Positions 53,249 to 64,000 of a stretch of 64,000 nt of DNA are shown here, in pieces. Source of the DNA: Macrostomum lignano. Taxonomy: Eukaryota. Under the pieces are notes generated by a model. The model saw nothing but the letters and a program-made list of their open reading frames with translations, had not been told where the DNA came from and did no database searches. The stretch's first letter is position 1, and every line of letters begins with the position of its first letter. The stretch lies in contig NIVC01001037.1 in NCBI GenBank assembly GCA_002269645.1, positions 186,001 through 250,000 on the forward strand, in the 5' to 3' direction. Both the position numbers and the translations under genes were made by a program.

Positions 53249-54178
53249 ATGAAGAAGAAGGTGCTGCTCATGGGCAAGTCTGGTTCCGGCAAGACCAGCA
53301 TGCGCTCCATCATCTTTGCCAATTTCATCGCTCGCGACACTCGCCGCCTCGGCGCCACCATCGATGTCGAGCACTCGCACGTGCGTTTCCTTGGCAACCT
53401 GGTGCTGAACCTGTGGGACTGCGGCGGCCAGGAGGCCTTCATGGAGAACTACTTCGCCAGCCAGCGGGAGAACATCTTCCGCAGCGTCGAGGTCATGATC
53501 TACGTGTTCGATGTTGAGAGCCGCGAGTTCGAGAAGGACCTGCACTACTACCAGACCTGTCTGGAGGCCATCATGCAGAACAGTCCTCAGGCTCAGATAT
53601 TCTGCCTCATCCACAAGATGGACCTGGTGCCCGAGGAGCAGCGCGAGCAGCTGTACTCGCAGCGCTCCGAAGAGCTGCGCACCCTCAGCAAGCCGCTGCA
53701 GTGCCGCTGCTACGCCACTAGCATCTGGGACGAGACGCTCTACAAGGCCTGGTCCAGCATCGTCTACGCGCTCATCCCCAATGTCCGCCTGCTCGAGGAG
53801 AATCTCCGGCAGTTTGGCGACATCATCGACGCCGACGAGGTGCTGCTGTTCGAGCGGGCCACCTTCCTGGTAATCTCGCACTGCCAGCAGAAGCAGCACC
53901 GCGATCCGCACAGGTTCGAGAAGATCAGCAACATCATCAAGCAGTTCAAGCTGAGCTGCTCCAAGGTGGCCGCCGCGTTCCAGAGCATGCACGTGCAGAA
54001 CAGGGCGTTCGGCGCCTTCATCGACCAGTTCACCGCCAACACCTACGTCATGGTGGTTGTCTCCGACACGCACGTGTGCCCGGCGCTCACCATGCTGAAC
54101 ATCCGCAACGCCAGGAAGCACTTTGAGCGGCTCGAGCGGCCTGAGGACCGGCCGTCCGCACTGGGCCGCCCGCTGTAG
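53249..54178 (+). CDS. RRAGA: Rag GTPase A/B (TORC1 amino-acid sensing), 309 aa, intronless
   Basis: [61 protein letters not shown] ... [21 protein letters not shown] is the characteristic RagA/B/Gtr1 sequence. Confidence 0.97.
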   Translation: MKKKVLLMGKSGSGKTSMRSIIFANFIARDTRRLGATIDVEHSHVRFLGNLVLNLWDCGGQEAFMENYFASQRENIFRSVEVMIYVFDVESREFEKDLHYYQTCLEAIMQNSPQAQIFCLIHKMDLVPEEQREQLYSQRSEELRTLSKPLQCRCYATSIWDETLYKAWSSIVYALIPNVRLLEENLRQFGDIIDADEVLLFERATFLVISHCQQKQHRDPHRFEKISNIIKQFKLSCSKVAAAFQSMHVQNRAFGAFIDQFTANTYVMVVVSDTHVCPALTMLNIRNARKHFERLERPEDRPSALGRPL

Positions 54179-54297
54179 GCGGCTGTGTCTGCGTGGGGGT
54201 CTTAGGGACTGCTGTATTAGATGTATATTTTTAAACTTTCTGGGCTTCTTTTGGCCACTTTCAACTCCTTAATACTCCTTTCCAAATCTTCAGCTTG

Positions 54298-55036
54298 AGC
54301 AGCCAGCCTCCCAGATCCTCAGTTGCTGGGCCAGCCTCCCAGATCCTCAGTTGCTAGGCCAGCCTCCCAGATCCTCAGTTGCTGGGCCAGCCTTCCAGAT
54401 CCTCAGTTGCTGGGCCAGCCTTCCAGATCCTCAGTTGCTGGGCCAGCCTCCCAGATCCTCAGTTGCTGGGCCAGCCTCCCAGATGCTCAGTTGCTGGGCC
54501 AGCCTCCCAGATCCTCAGTTGCTAGGCCAGCCTCCCAGATCCTCAGTTGCTGGGCCAGCCTCCCAGATCCTCAGTTGCTGGGCCAGCCTTCCAGATCCTC
54601 AGTTGCTGGGCCAGCCTTCCAGATCCTCAGTTGCTGGGCCAGCCTCCCAGATCCTCAGTTGCTGGGCCAGCCTCCCAGATCCTCAGTTGCTGAGCCAGCC
54701 TCTCAGATCCTCAGTTGCTGGGCCAGCCTTTCAGATCCTCAGTTGCTGGGCCAGCCTCTCAGATCCTCAGTTGCTGGGCCAGCCTCTCAGATCCTCAGTT
54801 GCTGGGCCAGCCTCCCAGATCCTCAGTTGCTGGGCCAGCCTCCCAGATTCTCAGTTGCTGAGCCAGCCTCTCAGATCCTCAGTTGCTGGGCCAGCCTCCC
54901 AGATCCTCAGTTGCTGGGCCAGCCTTTCAGATCCTCAGTTGCTGAGCCAGCCTCTCAGATCCTCAGTTGCTGGGCCAGCCTCCCAGATCCTCAGTTGCTG
55001 GGCCAGCCTCTCAGATCCTCAGTTGCTGGGCCAGCG
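54298..55036. repeat. 28-bp minisatellite (GCCAGCCTCCCAGATCCTCAGTTGCTGG)
   Basis: Tandem array starting about 120 nt after the RagA stop codon. Confidence 0.96.
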
Positions 55037-55599
55037 TGGTTAATCAATTTTGAGTCTTGAATTTCATTGCAAGATTATTAACGTTTCATTGTATCTACTG
55101 TCAGTAATGGAGTAAGCTAATTTGGTAGTTTTTTGTTACTATTTTTCGCACTATTGTCCCCAGAAGTTGGTGCAATTTGACGAAAAAAATCAAGCTCTTA
55201 TTGCACTTCAAATGTATATCAATGACGTCACTACTTGCTATGTCAATCCGCTCGTATTCAGGACATTGCTTCAAATTTATTAACGTTGCTGTATTGTAGA
55301 TCTGCAATTATTTTCCCCTGTAGAATCTGTACGCACAGACAGTGAAGCATTATGCCCTGATTCTCTATTGATTTCACTATCCTATGAGTATGTAATAAAC
55401 ATCGCCATGCGTCATATATTGATAGGCTTTCGAATGTGAAGTTTGTATTGAAATTATTTTGTTTACATTTAGCTAAATACGCCGCTATACTGGATGTAGC
55501 AGTTCCTCGTTCCTGCGGTATCCGATTTATGAGATCGTCCATCTGATCAAGTCTCAATCCGATATAGTGATGTCCTTAAACCCTTATTATTTCGACCCA

Positions 55600-56163
55600 G
55601 AGACAACCTTAACCGCACTTATTCCGCCCCCAGGACTTACCCTTAACCACCCTTATTCCGCCCCAGGACTTACCCTTAACCACCCTTATTCCGCCCCCAG
55701 AGACTTACCTTAACCACCCTTATTCCGCCCCCAGAGACTTACCTTAACCACCCTTATTCCGCCCCCAGAGACTTACCTTAACCACCCTTATTCCGCCCCC
55801 AGAGACTTACCTTAACCGCCCTCATTCCGCCCCCAGAGACTTAACCTTAACCGCCCTTATTCCGCCCCCAGAGACTTACCTTAACGCCCTTATTCCGCGC
55901 CCAGAGACTTACCTTAACCGCCCTTATTCCGCGCCCAGAGACTTACCTTAACCGCCCTCATTCCGCCCCCAGAGACTTACCTTAACCGCCCTCATTCCGC
56001 CCCCAGAGACTTACCTTAACCGCCCTTATTCCGCCCCCAGGACTTACCCTTAACCACCCTTATTCCGCCCCCAGGACTTACCTTAACCACCCTTATTCCG
56101 CCCCCAGGACTTACCCTTAACCGCCCTTATTCCGCCCCCAGAACTTACCCTTAACCGCCCTTA
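55600..56163. repeat. ~33-34-bp minisatellite (CTTATTCCGCCCCCAGAGACTTACCTTAACCGCC)
   Basis: Tandem array upstream of the Ariadne ATG. Confidence 0.93.
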
Positions 56164-56364
56164 TCAGTTCCTTTTCCATTTTTTGTTAAAATTCAGACTT
56201 CAGTTACTAGAAGTAGCCAGTAGCAATTTTGTCGCGCATATTTAAATCCAATAATTCATGATTGCCAAGCACAAGTATTGCTAAAAACTTGCTTCAGTGG
56301 ATCATCTCTGCATTTGCCTTTGCAACAAAGACTTGATTCCGACTCAAGCAGCTGCTAGATCAAA

Positions 56365-59300
56365 ATGGCGCACCGACTCGCCCAAGACGGCGCCGCCGCT
56401 CGCCTTGGCGGCGACCAGTTCGACTCGACAGCCGAGGAGTTCTACGACGCCGACGACGGGGAAGAGGAAGAGGAGGAAGAGGAAGAGGAGGGAGACGATA
56501 GCGAGGGCGACGAGGATCTGCCAATGAGCGAGGATGTCCGCCAGCTCCGGCGGGACAACGGCGCCAACGATCATTTCGAATTGTTGAGCCCAGACAGCGT
56601 GCACGAAGAGATGCACCGAATAGTGCAGGTGAGCTGCTGTCTGCTTTGTCAGAGGCTCACTTTTCACTGCTCACCTGAAAGGGTCACACTTCACTGCTCA
56701 CCTGAAAGGATCACACTTCACTGCTCACCTGAAAGGATCACACTTCACTGTTCACTGAAAGGATCACACTTCACTGTTCATCTGAAAGGGTCACACTTCA
56801 CTGCTCACTGAAAGAATCACACTTCACTGTTCATCTGAAAGGGTCACACTTCACTGTTCACTGAAAGAATCACACTTCACTGCTCACCTGAAAGAATCAC
56901 ACTTCACTGTTCACCTGAAAGGGTCACACTTCCCTGTTCACTGAAAGGATCACACTTCACTGCTCACCTGAAAGGATCACACTTCACTGCTCACTGAAAG
57001 GATCACACTTCACTGCTCACCTGAAAGGATCACACTTCACTGCTCACCTGAAAGGATCACACTTCACTGCTCACCTGAAAGGATCACACTTCACTGTTCA
57101 CTGAAAGGATCACACTTCACTGTTCATCTGAAAGGGTCACACTTCACTGCTCACTGAAAGAATCACACTTCACTGTTCATCTGAAAGGGTCACACTTCAC
57201 TGTTCACTGAAAGAATCACACTTCACTGCTCACCTGAAAGAATCACACTTCACTGTTCACCTGAAAGGGTCACACTTCCCTGTTCACTGAAAGGATCACA
57301 CTTCACTGCTCACCTGAAAGGATCACACTTCACTGCTCACCTGAAAGGATCACACTTCACTGCTCACCTGAAAGGGTCACACTTCACTGCTCACCTGAAA
57401 GGGTCACACTTCACTGCTCACCTGAAAGGATCACACTTCACTGCTCACCTGAAAGGATCACACTTCACTGTTCACTGAAAGGGTCACACTTCACTGCTCA
57501 CCTGAAAGGGTCACACTTCACTGCTCACCTGAAAGGGTCACACTTCACTGCTCACCTGAAAGGATCACACTTCACTGTTCACTGAAAGGGTCACACTTCA
57601 CTGCTCACCTGAAAGGGTCACACTTCACTGCTCACCTGAAAGGGTCACACTTCACTGCTCACCTGAAAGGATCACACTTCACTGCTCACCTGAAAGGGTC
57701 ACACTTCACTGCTCACCTGAAAGGATCACACTTCACTGTTCACTGAAAGGGTCACACTTCACTGCTCACCTGAAAGGGTCACACTTCACTGCTCACTGAA
57801 AGGGTCACACTTCACTGCTCACCTGAAAGGGTCACACTTCACTGCTCACCTGAAATGATCACACTTCACTGCTCACCTGAAAGGATCACACTTCACTGCT
57901 CACCTGAAAGGGTCACACTTCACTGTTCACTGAAAGGATAACACTTCACTGCTCACCTGAAAGGGTCACACTTCACTGCTCACTGAAAGGATAACACTTC
58001 ACTGCTCACTGAAAGGGTCACACTTCACTGCTCACCTGAAAGGGTCACACTTCACTGCTCACCTGAAAGGATCACACTTCACTGCTCACCTGAAAGGATC
58101 ACACTTCACTGCTCACCTGAAAGGATAACACTTCACTGCTCACCTGAAAGGATCACACTTCACTGCTCACCTGAAAGGGTCACACTTCACTGCTCACCTG
58201 AAAGGATCACACTTCACTGCTCACCTGAAAGGGTCACACTTCACTGCTCACCTGAAAGGGTCACACTTCACTGCTCACCTGAAATGATCACACTTCACTG
58301 CTCACCTGAAAGGGTCACACTTCACTGCTCACCTGAAAGGGTCACACTTCACTGCTCACCTGAAAGGATCACACTTCACTGCTCACCTGAAAGGGTCACA
58401 CTTCACTGCTCACCTGAAAGGATCACACTTCACTGCTCACTGAAAGGATCACACTTCACTGCTCACCTGAAAGGGTCACACTTCACTGCTCACCTGAAAG
58501 GGTCACACTTCACTGCTCACCTGAAAGGGTCACACTTCACTGCTCACCTGAAAGGATCACACTTCACTGCTCACCTGAAAGGGTCACACTTCACTGCTCA
58601 CCTGAAAGGATCACACTTCACTGCTCACCTGAAGGGATCACACTTCACTGCTCACCTGAAAGGGTCACACTTCACTGCTCACCTGAAAGGATCACACTTC
58701 ACTGCTCACCTGAAAGGGTCACACTTCACTGCTCACCTGAAAGGGTCACACTTCACTGCTCACCTGAAATGATCACACTTCACTGCTCACCTGAAAGGGT
58801 CACACTTCACTGCTCACCTGAAAGGGTCACACTTCACTGCTCACCTGAAAGGATCACACTTCACTGCTCACCTGAAAGGGTCACACTTCACTGCTCACCT
58901 GAAAGGATCACACTTCACTGCTCACTGAAAGGATAACACTTCACTGTTCACTGAAAGGGTCACACTTCACTGCTCACCTGAAAGGGTCACACTTCACTGC
59001 TCACCTGAAAGGATCACACTTCACTGCTCACCTGAAAGGATCACACTTCACTGCTCACCTGAAAGGATCACACTTCACTGTTCACTGAAAGAATCACACT
59101 TCACTGCTCACCTGAAAGGATCACACTTCACTGCTCACTGAAAGGATCACACTTCACTGCTCACCTGAAAGGGTCACACTTCACTGCTCACCTGAAAGGA
59201 TCACACTTCACTGTTCACTGAAAGAATCACACTTCACTGCTCACCTGAAAGGGTCACACTTCACTGCTCACCTGAAAGGGTCACACTTCACTGCTCACCT

Positions 59301-62300
59301 GAAAGGGTCACACTTCACTGCTCACCTGAAAGGATCACACTTCACTGCTCACCTGAAAGGGTCACACTTCACTGCTCACCTGAAAGGGTCACACTTCCCT
59401 GTTCACTGAGAAGATCAAATTTCACTGAGCACTGAAAGGATTACTGTGAGTGGTCGCAGTTAACTAAAGCACGGTAGTCACAGTTCACTGAGACACTGAA
59501 GAGAGGCTCACAGCTCACTGAGACACGGGAGAGAAGCTCACAGCTCACTGAGACACGGGAGAGAGGCTCATAGCTCACTGAGACACGGGAGAGAGGCTCA
59601 CAGCTCACTGAGACACGGGAGAGAGGCTCACAGCTCACTGAGACACTGGAGAGAGGCTCACAGCTCACTGAAACACTGGAGAGAGGCTCACAGCTCACTG
59701 AGACATTGGAGAGAGGCTTACAGCTCACTGAGACACTGGAGAGAGGCTCACAGCTCACTGAGACACTGGAGAGAGGCTCACAGCTCACTGAGACACTGGA
59801 GAGAGGCTTACAGCTCACTGAGACACTGGAGAGAGGCTCACAGCTCACTGAGACACTGGAGAGAGGCTCACAGCTCACTGAGACACTGGAGAGAGGCTCA
59901 CAGCTCACTGAGACACTGGAGAGAGGCTCACAGCTCACTGAGACACTGGAGAGAGGCTCACAGCTCACTGAGACACTGGAGAGAAGCTCACAGCTCACTG
60001 AAACACTGGAGAGAGGCTCACAGCTCACTGAGACATTGGAGAGAGGCTTACAGCTCACTGAGACACTGGAGAGAGGCTCACAGCTCACTGAGACACTGGA
60101 GAGAGGCTCACAGCTCACTGAGACACTGGAGAGAGGCTCACAGCTCACTGAGACACTGGAGAGAGGCTCACAGCTCACTGAGACACTGGAGAGAAGCTCA
60201 CAGCTCACTGAAACACTGGAGAGAGGCTCACAGCTCACTGAGACATTGGAGAGAGGCTTACAGCTCACTGAGACACTGGAGAGAGGCTCACAGCTCACTG
60301 AGACACTGGAGAGAGGCTCACAGCTCACTGAGACACTGGAGAGAGGCTCACAGCTCACTGAGACACGGGAGAGAGGCTCACAGCTCACTGAGACACGGGA
60401 GAGAGGCTCACAGCTCACTGAGACACTGGAGAGAGGCTCACAGCTCACATATAAGTGGATTGCTATCACAGTCTATACAGGCAGCCTTATCTAAACAGGA
60501 GGTCTGCCAGATTGTCCAGCTACCCAGCAGGGTACTGCGCCTTCTGCTCAGCAAATACCGCTGGGACAAAGACCTGCTGTTGGAGCGATTCTACGAGCGC
60601 GAGCCGGAGGACTTCCTGGCCAGGCACAACATCCCGGCCAGTCAGTGGCGGATCGTCGCTGCCGCTCCCGCCGAGTCCGGCTCCCGCGGCACCGCAGGCG
60701 GCAGTGGCACACAGGTTAGTGTGATTTGAGGTTCTGTGATGGAGCTCTGTGTGTGAGAGCTTCTTTGCGGGGGAGAGCGGTATTGAAGAGGATATCAAAA
60801 GCATGGCTGTTATGTGGATGTAGACAAACTGAAAGTTTAATACTGGTTGTTAGCTAATATACCGAAAATTAGATAGGTTGGTGGGCAGGTTGAGAGGTAG
60901 GTAGAATAGTAGACAGGTTGAGTGATAAATAGCACGGAATACAGGTTGAGAGGTAGATAGAATGATATACAGGCTCTAGTCAGCAGATAGAATGGTAGAT
61001 GAGGTGAGAAGTAGATACAATGGTAGACAGATTGAGAGATAAATAGAATGGTAGACAGGTTGAGAGGTAGCTAGAATGGTATACAGGTTGAAAAGTAGAT
61101 AGAATGGTAGATAGGTAGATCGCAGCGCGGCACCTCAACGGCAAGCGCAGAGCTCCCCATCAGCTGCATCTCCTCCTTCCCTCCTCCCGCAGACGGTAAT
61201 CTGTGAGATCTGCTGCCAGAGCCGGCCCTATAGCGGCATGGTCGGCAGCGGCTGCGCCCACGTGTTCTGCGTGGACTGCTACCGCTCCTATGTCGCTCAG
61301 CGGATGCTCCAGGCCGGCCAGTTCGAGGGCCTGCAGTGCCCCGCGTTCGATTGCCGCGCCCTACTTGACGACCAGCTGGTGCTGCGCCTGCTTGAGGGCT
61401 CCCCGAAGCTGCGCGGCCAGTTCCAGAAGGCGCTGGTCACCAACTTTGTCACCTGCAACCGCCGGCTGGCCTTCTGCCCCGGGGCCGACTGCGAGTGCGT
61501 TGTGCGCCTGCTTGACGACGCCGTGCGCGCCTGCCGAGTCACCTGCCGCTGCGGCAAGACCTTCTGCTTCGCCTGCGCTCAGGTGAGACTACGAAATCCG
61601 CTCCCGACCCTAGATCCGCTCCCGACCCTAGATCCGCCCCCGACCCTAGATCTTCCCGCCCCGATCCTAGATCTTCCCCCGATCCTATATATTCCCGCCC
61701 CGACCCTATATCTTCCCGCCCCGACCCTAGATCTTCCCCCGACCCTAGAGCTTCCCCTTGACCCTAGATCTTCCCCCTGACCCTAGAGCTTCCCCTGACC
61801 CTAAATCTTCCCCCGACCCTAGATCTTCCCCCCGACCCTAGATCTTCCCCGGAACCTAGAGCTTCCCCCGACCCTAGAGCTTCCCCTTGACCCTAGATCT
61901 TCCCCCTGACCCTAGATCTTCCCCCTGACCCTAGATCTTACCGCCCCGACCCTAGATCTTACCGCCCCGACCCTAGATCTTACCGCCCCGACCCTAGATC
62001 TTCCCCGGACCCTAGATCTTCCCCCGACCCTAGAGCTTCCCCCTGACCCTAGATCTTCCCCCCGACCCTAGATCTTACCGCCCCGACCCTAGATCTTCCC
62101 CGGACCTTAGATCTTCCCCCTGACCCTAGATCCGCCCCACCTTAGATCTGCTCCGGCCTTAGATTCACCCAAAACCTAATTACGCCCCACAACAAATCCG
62201 CTCCCACTAAAAAAATGTCCCACACTGAATCCGCCCCCGAACTTGATCCGCCCCAGCCTTCGTGTAGATCCGCCCAATCCTGGATTCTTCCATCTCTAAA

Positions 62301-64000
62301 CCTGCTGCGCAGTCCCCGCTAGCCCACAATCCGGCCAGCCCACCGTCAGCGATTCCCCTACTCGCTCACCTAACCACCATTTCGCCCGTTCGCTGCCTCC
62401 TCCAACAGGACTGGCACGAGCCCATCAGCTGCTCCATGCTGCGCCGCTGGCAGCAGAAGAACGCAGGCGAATCGATGAGCACGCAGTGGTTCATGGCCAA
62501 CACCAAGGAGTGCCCGAAATGCCACGCAACAATAGAAAAGAACGGCGGCTGCAATCACATGAAATGCCGCAATGCCACCTGCAATCACGAATTCTGCTGG
62601 GTCTGCATGGACGACTGGCAGCCGCACGGCAAAGAGTGGTACAACTGCAATCGGTGAGACTTTAGTAAACTACTGTTAGTAGCCATAACCTAAAATCAGC
62701 GCCCCCTCATTGGAGAACCAACAAATAATGGAATACATTTTTTAATAAACTAAATGTAGCTTTTCACCTCAGCCTTGACATCTCAAAAATTTCCCAATAA
62801 GCCTTGATATCTAAGAAATTCCCATATGAGTCTTGATATCTAAGAAATTCCCATATGAGTCTTGATATCTCAGCAATTCCCCGTGAACATTGATATTTTA
62901 GCAATTCCCCTCCTATGAGCCTTGATATTTTAGCAATTCCCCTGCTATGAGCATTGATATCTCAGCAATTCCCCTCTCATGAGCCTTGATATCTCAGCAA
63001 TTCCCCTCCTATGAGCCTTGATATCTCAGCAATTCCCCTCCTATGAGCCTTGATATCTCAGCAATTCCCCTCCTATGAGCCTTGATATCTCAGCAATTCC
63101 CCTCCTATGAGCCTTGATATCTCAGCAATTCCCCTCCTATGAGCCTTGATATCTCAGCAATTCCCCTCCTATGAGCCTTGATATCTTAGCAATTCCCCTC
63201 CTATGAGCCTTGATATCTCAGCAATTCCCCTCCTATGAGCCTTGATATCTCAGCAATTCCCCCGTGAGCCTTGATATCTCAGCAATTCCCCCGTGAGCCT
63301 TGATATCTCAGCAATTCCCCCGTGAGCCTTGATATTTTAGCAATTCCCCCGTGAGCCTTGATATTTTAGCAATTCCCCCGTGAGCCTTGATATCTCAGCA
63401 ATTCCCCCGTGAGCCTTGATATTTTAGCAATTCCCCCGTGAGCCTTGATATCTCAGAAATTCCCCCGTGAGCCTTTATATTTTAGCAATTCCCCCGTGAG
63501 CCTTGATATCTCAGCAATTCCCCTCCGTGAGCCTTGATATCTCAGCGATTCCCCCGTGAGCCTTGATATCTCAGCAATTCCCATATGAGCCTTGATATCT
63601 CAGCAATTCCCCTCCTATGAGCCTTGATATCTCAGCAATTCCCCTCCTATGAGCCTTGATATCTCAGCAATTCCCCCGTGAGCCTTGATATCTCAGCAAT
63701 TCCCCCGTGAGCCTTGATATCTCAGCAATTCCTCCCTCCTTAGTTTTTAAGACATTTGAATATTAAACTTAATTTAATTGGCATTGGAAATTATGGGAAA
63801 TTTTGAGTAAGGTTGTATCTGCCGATATGTATCGATAATGCACATAATAGCCAGCTGTCTCCCTGCTGTTTCAATCTTGTGAACCCTGTATAACTCTTTC
63901 TCAGCTTCGACGAAGAGCGAGCGGAGCGCGTCCGCCGGCAGCAGGCGCTGTCCCGCAACTACCTGTCCCGCTACCTGCACTACTACGACCTGTACATGAA
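56365..64000 (+). CDS. ARIH1: Ariadne (ARIH1/ARI-1 type) RBR E3 ligase, 3' end beyond the window
   Basis: Exons 56365-56628 (acidic N-terminus), 60499-60714 (UBA-like [33 protein letters not shown]), 61193-61582 (RING1 [21 protein letters not shown]; [21 protein letters not shown]), 62409-62653 (RING2 [27 protein letters not shown]) and 63905 onward (Ariadne domain start [12 protein letters not shown]). Phases are consistent. Confidence 0.92.
56660..59430. repeat. 27-bp minisatellite (CTCACCTGAAAGGGTCACACTTCACTG) in Ariadne intron 1
   Basis: About 100 tandem units with 26/27-bp variants. Confidence 0.97.
59478..60448. repeat. 30-bp minisatellite (CAGCTCACTGAGACACTGGAGAGAGGCTCA) in Ariadne intron 1
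   Basis: About 32 tandem units. Confidence 0.97.
60870..61118. repeat. Degenerate ~30-bp tandem repeat (GTAGATAGAATGGTAGACAGGTTGAGAG) in Ariadne intron 2
   Basis: Several diverged copies. Confidence 0.7.
61590..62150. repeat. ~18-21-bp minisatellite (CCGACCCTAGATCTTCCC) in Ariadne intron 3
   Basis: Tandem array starting about 10 nt after the donor. Confidence 0.93.
62770..63735. repeat. ~29-32-bp minisatellite (GAGCCTTGATATCTCAGCAATTCCCC..) in Ariadne intron 4
   Basis: Tandem array with two variant blocks. Confidence 0.95.

Noticed and set aside
53240-54121. 293-aa minus-strand ORF, and similar antisense ORFs over HOIP, paralogs 3/5 and TAL
   Set aside because: Shadow frames of GC3-rich or purine-rich sense genes, with no recognisable motifs.
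54323-55060. 245-aa and 230-aa ORFs downstream of RagA, and ORFs over 56660-60494
   Set aside because: Translations of 28-, 27- and 30-bp minisatellites.
61590-62150. Telomere-like CCCTAG repeats
   Set aside because: The motif is embedded in 18-21-bp units within an intron and is not a (TTAGGG)n tract.

Overview
Eukaryotic (metazoan) genomic DNA. It is most likely from a flatworm and plausibly the free-living Macrostomum type; this is inferred from a TAL-type EF-hand/dynein-light-chain gene, GC-rich exons and introns packed with micro/minisatellites. In order, the window holds: a Ty3/gypsy integrase remnant; a spliced AMPK/SIK-related pseudokinase with a UBA-like domain; an RTE LINE 3' end; a 3-exon TAL gene; a tandem segmental duplication (about 13.2-19.7 kb and 19.7-23.7 kb) in which each copy carries a small 2-exon secreted-peptide precursor ending KK[R/K]-FC...HPLSCFGLGG (PISCF/allatostatin-C-like); an AT-rich repeat block; an intact HOIP/RNF31 (LUBAC) ortholog; a same-strand array of 4-5 HOIP-derived genes that keep B-box/NZF and pieces of the RBR but lack the catalytic cysteine; an intronless RagA/B; and an Ariadne (ARIH1-type) RBR E3 that runs off the window end. 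The two strongest leads are the HOIP-derived pseudo-ligase/decoy array and the duplicated cyclic-peptide prohormone. All gene models were assembled by eye from GT-AG sites and reading-frame phase, and all family calls come from recalled motifs, not database searches.
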